The notes under the pieces: model-generated
Database searches by the model: none
Told to the model about the DNA's origin: nothing
Seen by the model: only the letters and a program-made list of their open reading frames with translations
Shown: one piece after another, positions 55,801-64,000 of the stretch
Position numbering within the stretch: position 1 is the first letter of the stretch
Layout of the letters: each line of letters begins with the position of its first letter
Source of the DNA: Tubiluchus corallicola
Lineage: Eukaryota; Animalia; Priapulida
Assembly (NCBI GenBank): GCA_030141605.1
Contig: JAQGDQ010000015.1
Location: 868,001-932,000 of the forward strand
Direction of reading: 5' to 3'
DNA length: 64,000 bases
Program-made: the position numbers and the translations under genes

Positions 55801-58671
55801 AAATGCAGTGTCTAAGCAACTCACCCTGAAGTGCTGTTAATTTCATCAGGAGCACATGTATGGGTGCAGTACAATATATTATAGTTACCAAATCCATTAG
55901 AAGTTAGTTTATTGTCTATATGTATTTCAAAGTTATGGTCCTTAGAGCACAATGTACGAAGAAGTGTTTTTAATTGGCTGTCTCAAAAAGAAAGCAGCTT
56001 ACATTCAGTATAGACAACACTTCAAAGCGATATAGTAATTCACTTTACTACTCTTGAAGCTTTGGCTGGATGACAGTATTATTGTGCTAAAGCAATTGTC
56101 CCATGCACATATACCTGAGATGGAAAGTGTGCAATGTGACTGCTGTTAGATTGTGCAATTGACAGTGTGACTAATAACTGTAAAGTTTTTGATACTTAAA
56201 CTGAAAGAGAACTCAAACCAATGATTGATAATTGGTTCAAGAGATGTAAGACCAGTCATTTTAGATGTATTCACGCAATTCTGACTTTCAAGTATGTCCC
56301 TAACCCACAAAGCACAAGTGTAGCTTTTTGTTTATAATCAACTGCTTTGTTGCAGAGTTTTTCATTTTTGGCAGTCATCGTAGATATTTTAGTGTGTTGT
56401 TATTTTTAATAATTGGCTACTTAATTGGAGGCATATGGCGTTTTTATGTGCAAAAGCATGATGTCATGATTAGTGAATGTCCAAATTTCTGACTAATTTG
56501 TGTCTATTTTGGTGTTACATCAGAAACAAAAAAAACATATTGGAAGCTGCCTCAGTACTTTGCTTCACTAACACAGATGTATAATGCCTCCTTGTTTACT
56601 TTATTTACATCGATCACTTACTTACCTTATTTAGGTAGAACAATAGTCTGTTTACTCACCTACCTATATTACTTTACTGCATTTATTTAAATACACTAGT
56701 CTGCCTTTATACCTTGATTACTCAATTTCTGATTTCACTCAGTAGATGTAATGATGGTTTTACCATTCACTTTGCAATGCTGTATAGCTCGCTTACACTA
56801 CCGAGAAACTTTAAGGCATATATAGTCTGAATATATCATATACACTACTACATGCCACTTAGCACAAAAAATACACTCAGCAAACGAATAACTGTTACAA
56901 AACTTTATTCACACATCAGTATTTAGTTTATTCGGTAAAATACATACACGTTATACGCGTAAAACAGTGATCGCAAAGCGTTTTTAAGTTTTTTGCTTTA
57001 TAAGGACCAATATCAACTAGATTTGTTTGGTTTATTGAAGTTATAAAAGCTTAGGAAAAATAAAGCATAATCAAAAGGTAGCAATTTTTTCACAATACAG
57101 CACTTACACAGGTAGGGAGTTTATGGTAAATGCATAATTAGGTAATAACCTGACAAGAAATGCCACATACAATCATGTTGAATATCGGCTATGATGCTAG
57201 TTTGAAAAAGTATCTTTCTTTTTAAAATTTATTACTTGCTATCAAAATATAACTAAGTAACAGAGTTAAACCATGAGACATTGCAGAGTTTCAAAATGTA
57301 AATTGAAAAAGCATATTTTTAAGCCAGTATTTCCTCAAAATTAGCGAAACGAAATATGCACATTGGCCTTACACAAATTAAAAACAGGGGATTATTATGT
57401 GAAAATTTCAAAAAAAGAGAAACACTATTAAAAATCCAAAAACCAAAATTAAGCTAAATGCTAAAGCCAATCAGACTACCATTTTGTATCAAACTGCAGA
57501 GCGTTTTGTGCTGCTGGTGCCACCTATCCATCTGATATGATAACGATTTGCTGGTACACACTAATAATCTGTAAATTCCCACAACAAAGACGTGCTGGAA
57601 CTCATTAATACTGTTAAGCTACAAAGATAACACAAATCACAGTTTGACTCCAATTTTAATCCTTGATTTGTTTTTGGGAAGACAATTTACAAAACTCTGA
57701 TGCAGGCATGTTCCATAATTCTTATCACTGTCTACCACCCATGGCAAAAACAATGTTAAAAATAAGGAAAAAGAAGGGAACTGATGTCAAATCAATGCAA
57801 AGTCAACAAAATGCCATTAAATGCCATCTCCAACCATTTCCATGAGCAACAAAATCTTAGCACATCCCTCAAAACTTTATGTGATGGACAATTAAAAAGA
57901 AGACAAAACATGAAAATATAGAAAGCAATTTGTGTGAAAAGTAAGCAAAAAATACGACTAGATAGGTTGAAAAATCCCAAATTAAAGCAAATTGCATTGT
58001 TAGAATCATGATTAACTTTTTTGTATTAAAATAACAAAATCAGATTAAAAATACTATAATTTGTCACTGCACAGACAATATGAATTACTCTGCATTTCTA
58101 AATTTCTGAACTTTTTGCAACTGTATCCTCCATTACAGTTTATTTGCAATGTGCCTATAACTAACAGCATTGGACAACGCATAACAGAGTAATAAAACGG
58201 GAAAAACTGCTGCACCCAGCAAACATATATAATCCTGTCTATGGAATAACTACCAAAAATAAATAAATATGCATCAATATCGATTAAATCTGCCTCCTCA
58301 AAATACTGAATGAAAATGCAGAATCTAATTAGTTTTCCAATTTCAAACAAAAATTTGAATACCGCAAGTCAAAAATGAACAATAGGCCGAATGTGACGTA
58401 ATGTAAAAAATTTGAAATTAAATTCGTGTGAGTGCAACATCGCACATAATTTTCTACGATAATAAACGTAGTATTATTCTAAATGCACTTTAGAAAGTCA
58501 TATACCAGATCTTCAACTACACGTTTCAAATTAGACAATTTTTCAAGTATGTTAATGTTTGAGCATCTGCTACAACTCAAATAGTTACAGCAATACCAAA
58601 TAAGACTTTTTCTTAAGCTGAGGTCCAAATGATTTGAATAATGCATGATTACAGATCTTTGAGGCAAAAGT

Positions 58672-58816
58672 CTAGTGCTTCCGTCTTCTGCGCTTACGCT
58701 TGTTTGTCGTGCCTTGAGAAGGAGCGCTTGTGGCAGTGCCAGTCTGTCCTCCATTCTCCTCTGTCTGTTGAGCTCGGTGGTAGAGATTTTCGAGAAACTC
58801 TTCAAGTTTTTCTTCA
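58672..58816 (-). CDS. DNAJC14: DNAJC14 terminal exon ([12 protein letters not shown]...[10 protein letters not shown])
   Basis: ttttttcag acceptor, phase 2; TAG at 58672-58674; the frame differs from the listed 58479-58991 ORF. Confidence 0.85.
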
Positions 58817-61800
58817 CTGAAAAAATTATTATGCAGTTTAATAAACAAATGCTATAACTAAATAATATGTTTACTCCAGAAAAGTTTTTTCTGATTTTAC
58901 TAATAGTGTAATTAAGTAAATTACATAAAATTGAGTCAAACATGTTAAAAGTTGCCAAGTAAATGCAGCAGTTATAGACTAGCCAAAGCATCCACTAACG
59001 AAACAATTTGTCTAACATAGTAACAGGTTATCTTAACTTGAATCTAAATGCTAAGTAAATCAGAATATTTTTTATAATAATGATATCAGTTTAAGGAAGC
59101 CTCCACTCCCTTGGCAATGTAATTACATGTGACATACGAAAAATGCAGGAAATTTCCTGGAATACATAGCAGTATAAGACAGAAATGTTCAACATGGTTT
59201 ACACTGAAAAAAGAGAAGAACGAAGAACAATGAGTTGGCAATAGAGACTGATCAGTTTGTGAAGTGGATCAAGCTGATCTTTGTTTATCTAATGAGGCAA
59301 CCACTTGATTCTCAACTAACGAGCCATGATTTTGTTTGAATATGAATGCACAACAAACACAATGCATGAACTGCATTTGTTAAACTTATGCAGTTGACTT
59401 TAGATGCAGTGTAAGCAAAAAGCCTGTACCAAAACTCCAGTTTGAGCAACTTTAACAAAAAAAGAACAAAGATTAAGTAACCTAAGTTTATTATTATAAA
59501 CTAAGATTAAGTAAAAAAGTATTTACATGCAAAGCTCTGACGTTTGTAGTTGACAATTGACCGTAGAATGTCTGACGTGTACTTACGTAGGCAGATCTTG
59601 GGGACGAGGTTGTTTCTTTCCGACAAACATCACCTTAGCCGTAACATTGTGTGAGTTTGCTTGGAGATATTGAAACTTTCTGCGCTGACATGTAGCCCAT
59701 TCGCTCACTTCGTAGATGTGACCACTGATCATAGAGTAATAATTCCATTTGAGTCCCATCAGTGAAGTTTCAGCCCAGATGTCTCCCTGCAATTATCATA
59801 ATCAAAAACTTAACAACTTTTCTAATCTGATATTCATATTTTTAACGATTTAATGTACAAGTTGCAGCGGTTTGTATATTGATGCATAAAAATATAAATT
59901 ACTCAAAACATAATAAACATTGGTTTATCTGAAATACATTTTGCATAAATATTAATATTAAGAATGTTATTATTATGATTACCTCCTTGGCAGCATGTCT
60001 TATTTTGCACTGTGCACAGTAGCGTGCTGCATACACAGGTCTATCCATTGGGTTACGTCGATGTTTCCCACCACAACGATCACATCGCATAATAGTGGCA
60101 GCCTCTTTTATTTTCTCCCTCATTTTGCTCAGTAGTTCAGAAAGTTCAGACTAAAAACAAAAAAAAACTGAATGATTAAAAACAAAGCACATGAAAAGTG
60201 AGGAAAGTGTCAAACTATTAAAGGTATGATAACAGTGCAAAAACCAGTTTTTGGTAAGTGCAATTTGCATGTTTAGCATTAAATTCCTATTTAATGCACT
60301 AAAATGTTCTCATTTCTATTTGATAAGCATTTTTGAATTTCAGTTTAAAGGCTGTATAATATGAAAAAACTCATATTTTAATGTAATATTTGAACTAATT
60401 ATGTTATTAGAATATTAATTTTCATTTTCAATTTGAATTTAATTTAAAAAATATTATTTTTATTGCTATTTGTATATTTAATTTATATTTTTTGATTTTC
60501 TATAATTTTTTAAATATTTGTTACATAATGTTTGAACTTTTTAAATTAATTTAACAGGATTCCTATTATACACTATATATTTATATCAGTAAAATGCAAA
60601 TAATATAACATTGACAACAAAACAACCACGGGATAAGATGACGAAAAAAGTTACGAATTTTACTGGCCCTATCCCTACCAAAATCATCATCAAAATGCTG
60701 CAAAACTTATAGCTTTTCGATTTTGCTAACGTAAAAAACTGTACCTAATACATGTTCAGGCATTCTCATTTCACCTTAAAGAAATTGAAAATGATTGTTG
60801 AAAAGGCTCATGTTTTTCCTGGTAGAATGAAACTTTCACATGACTTTACCATGGCACCCGATTTTTATTGGCAAGAAAAACTCGCACTCAAAAATCAATG
60901 TGCTTAAAGTATGCTAAGATAATAACTGTTGAAAGACTATCAGAATCAGAGGTTACTTTCACACTTAACATTTATCAAGTTAGTACAAAATACCATTGCT
61001 GCTTCTACTTGAGCATCGTGGATCATCTTCTGATCATACTTCCTCCTATTTTCTGGTTCTCCTACTATGTCGAAAGCATGAGCTAATATTTTAAAAGCTT
61101 CTTCAGCACCAGGGAGCCTGTTCTGTAATGCAAAGTTTGCAAAAGCTTGAAAAAATGCATACCACACCCCACCAAAAAGGTGTATGATGTAAAAAGGCAA
61201 GAAGTTGTCCAGCATAACCTGGAAAAGAACTTAATGCTACAGATAGCTAGACAGTCAATTAACTGAAAGCACTTTTAAAAAGGAAAAGACTACAATTGCA
61301 GTGCACTTCATACAAAAAACAGTAATTATAAATAAAACTGTGTCAATATTTATACAACTTGGATGTGTGCAAGCCGGAATGCAGTACTCAGTGGCGAGTC
61401 CTACAAACGTTTAACCAAATTTGATATGAGGCAAGATCGGGACCTGACTCATTATCAGAGCTATGTCTCCAAGGATCTATATATGTATATACATCCTTCT
61501 TCTAGAGGTAAGCAGCCAGAATCAGCACGACAAATACCAGCCGGCAACATCTTAATTTTGGTAGCCAAGCACAGTGCCATAAGCGGGCCTCATCTCACCT
61601 GGTATTATTTTATTTATCGTCTTCCAGACCATTGTGCAGGGTTTGGGACATTGTCATTCACAACTCATAAGGCATACTACCGTTTGTCATAGAACTCTAA
61701 AGCCTCATGAATTTAGACAGTAAGCAACAAATATGAGTACCATCATGGTGACATTTATATGAAGTTTATAATGTACATGCTTAAGTGTTTCATTAATCAT

Positions 61801-63621
61801 AATAATTCATTTCAAAATTATTATATAACAATATTAAGCTGAAATAACTAATCAATCAGTGTACCTTATCTGGATGAACTAAAACAGCTTGTTTCCGATA
61901 ATACTTGGTGATATCTTCTTGCGTAGCCACAGGTTTGACACCTAAGATAGTGTATGGGTCACGTCCGCGCATTGTCAGAAGTCGTCTCATTGCTTCTTCA
62001 CCTGTTAAACAGATATTTTGAGTAAATGCAAATGGCTGCACAAATTTTGAATAGAAAATGGAAGCTTATCTCATTTGGGTGAGGAGGGGGTTCAAGCACT
62101 TACCTTTACAGAGTCATAGTACTGACACTGCAATTGGTATTTTTAAAGTCAATGGTGTAATCATTATTACAATTGTAACAAAAACATATCAAACGCATTT
62201 GTAGTACCAAAATTGCAACACATTCTCGCAAACAACACCTTCAGCTTTGATAAACTTAAATGTTTTGAGTTTAAAATTTAACTCATTACCAATGTGTCAA
62301 TGTCCGTCAGTTTGCTAGTTAAGGGATGTATACTTGCACTGAGTATGTTCACTCTAGCAGAGGATTTTATCGTTTTATTGTTTTTTTTGTTATCAAATGT
62401 GCAATGAATTTGCTTTATAAATAAAGGAACATCAGTGGAATAAAGCTTGATAGTTAGTAATGTGTTCAAGAAACAGCAAAATGTTGTAAACATAGTAATA
62501 ATTGTGTAGTTACTGGGTGTTGGGATATTGTATACTGCCCTGCAACCATTTACAGCTAATAATATAATGCTAGTTATAATTCAAAAATTCTTTATGGGAT
62601 TAGTCTGACTTCTACTGTAAACAATTAAACACTCAAACCAAATTGAACTGATTCAGACTTCAGTTGCAACTGGGTCACACCAAAGACATCTTACGATTCA
62701 GCTTGAAATTATTTTTACTAGCAACTGGATCATAGATTTTTATGCCACACATGCACAGAGAGAGAGACCGCTAGCTTGCAAATTTTGAACATCAAATCTC
62801 TGCAATTCAACTTAGGGCTGTAAATGGTCTAATGACTCTGCTGCCTGTTGTCAGCAATTGAAAAAATGTCTGTTGTACTTATTTCAACTATTGAGTTAGG
62901 AAGCGGAATTATAAACAACAAAAACTTAGATCCTGAATTATCTAAGTTAATATTTTTATTTACAAACTAAATAAGCTCAACTAAATGAGTTAATACCACA
63001 TTTAAGAATGAATCATTGGGTCCACGCAATCACACCTCACGTCATGACATGTTTGCATGGAAATCACGGTGTGTCATAACTTTCTTTGCAGAAACAACTG
63101 CGTATACACTCAAATACGATAGTTATTTGTTTTTATTAAACAAGACCTTATTTTGTTTTTATTGTAAATTAGTTTAGTGCCACAATTTCATGGTTAATTT
63201 AGTATTCACAAGTATTTATTTAGTAATCTTGTCTCTATTATACTGTAATCAAGGTTAGTATACTATAGAGAAAATGATTTATAAAATAGTTGTCACAATG
63301 TGAAAAGCAATAATAGAAATCTGAGACTTGTCAGTCAGCTATAAAAACGTTTTTGAAGTTCAAGACTTCAAACTAAGGGTTCTAAATTTGACTTGCAATC
63401 AAGTACCTGCCAAGCCTAAGTCCACACCCAAAAATTATTATAAGCCAAGAAGAAAACTGAAAATACCGGTAACTGGTAGAGCTATGTTCTCGTCTAAACC
63501 TTTAAATCGAGTTTTTTGAGTAGATCCAAGATTGTTATTAAGTTTGCCCTTGATCCAGATCAAACTGCGATAGTAACCAGTGACAGCACAAGAGTGGCAC
63601 ACATCAAATGCTTTCAGCAAG
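58672..63621 (-). CDS. DNAJC14: DnaJ homolog subfamily C member 14 (Jiv/DRIP78-like), 3' part; 5' exons lie beyond the window end
   Basis: J domain with HPDK, Jiv-type CxxC motifs ([29 protein letters not shown]) and basic C-terminus KRKRRRRKH; six exons join in frame. Confidence 0.92.
59587..59786 (-). CDS. DNAJC14: DNAJC14 exon ([14 protein letters not shown]...EWATCQ...PQDLP)
   Basis: gcag/GTAAGT boundaries. Confidence 0.9.
59983..60150 (-). CDS. DNAJC14: DNAJC14 exon (SELSELL...CDRCGGKH...[15 protein letters not shown])
   Basis: AG/GT boundaries, Jiv zinc-binding motifs. Confidence 0.92.
60994..61122 (-). CDS. DNAJC14: DNAJC14 exon ([30 protein letters not shown]...)
   Basis: Second half of J domain; AG/GT boundaries. 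Confidence 0.92.
61865..62001 (-). CDS. DNAJC14: DNAJC14 exon (GEEAMRRLL...DPYTILGV...[13 protein letters not shown])
   Basis: First half of J domain with HPD; AG/GT boundaries. Confidence 0.93.
63467..63621 (-). CDS. DNAJC14: DNAJC14 exon (...[11 protein letters not shown])
   Basis: ttttctttag acceptor, GTATTT donor in phase 1 joining GEEAM; the NIALP.TG motif precedes the J domain. Confidence 0.8.
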
Positions 63622-64000
63622 CTAAAGAAAAACACGTTTAGAATGAGTACAACAAAATAACATTATGCTGCTTCGGTGTGCAATAAACAGTATTTTTCTT
63701 AGAGGGTACTGCAAATACATTTCATAATGCAGAAAATATCCAATACCAAATAAATTATGAAAATTAAAAAATTAAAAAAGTGAAGTTGTTTTAAGATGAG
63801 GATTATTTTAGGATTCACGAAGAAAGCCTATCATCAATGGCTTTGATGGCAATAAACATGTTATTATCACCAATATTTGTTATCAAAAAATCATTAATAC
63901 GAATAAGATTTTCCAAAACAAATCAGTTGGCATAAAATACATCTTATTCAGCAATTTCTCAAAATTTTTGGTTAAGATTGTATTATCCAGGGCTGCAACT

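Noticed and set aside
58479-58991. 170-aa minus ORF
   Set aside because: Wrong frame; the real DNAJC14 last exon (58672-58816) uses another frame.
61363-61692. 109-aa plus ORF inside a DNAJC14 intron
   Set aside because: No recognisable domain; likely chance or a repeat remnant.

Overview
This is AT-rich animal (invertebrate, probably spiralian/annelid-like) genomic DNA, not prokaryotic. Two spliced minus-strand genes dominate. (1) A complete ZSWIM4/5/6-family gene, reconstructed by hand: 17 coding exons from 52643 down to 8014, all introns GT-AG and phase-consistent, 3351 nt = 1116 aa, a ~29.7 kb first intron and a probable ~3.7 kb 3' UTR. (2) The last six coding exons of a DNAJC14 orthologue (63621 to 58672), whose 5' part lies beyond the window. 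The ZSWIM first intron holds many transposon remnants: a 4.9 kb 5'-truncated I/Jockey-group LINE with a (TAA)n tail and a 10-bp target-site duplication, Penelope-like remnants (GIY-YIG, hammerhead-like motif), Helentron-type non-autonomous elements and microsatellites. The most interesting non-coding signals are three kappaB-type sites with CRE-like, CCAAT and NRF1-like motifs just upstream of the ZSWIM start codon, and a consensus splice donor sequestered in a hairpin in the ZSWIM 3' UTR. I found no clear novel multi-gene system. All homology calls come from motif recognition, not database searches.
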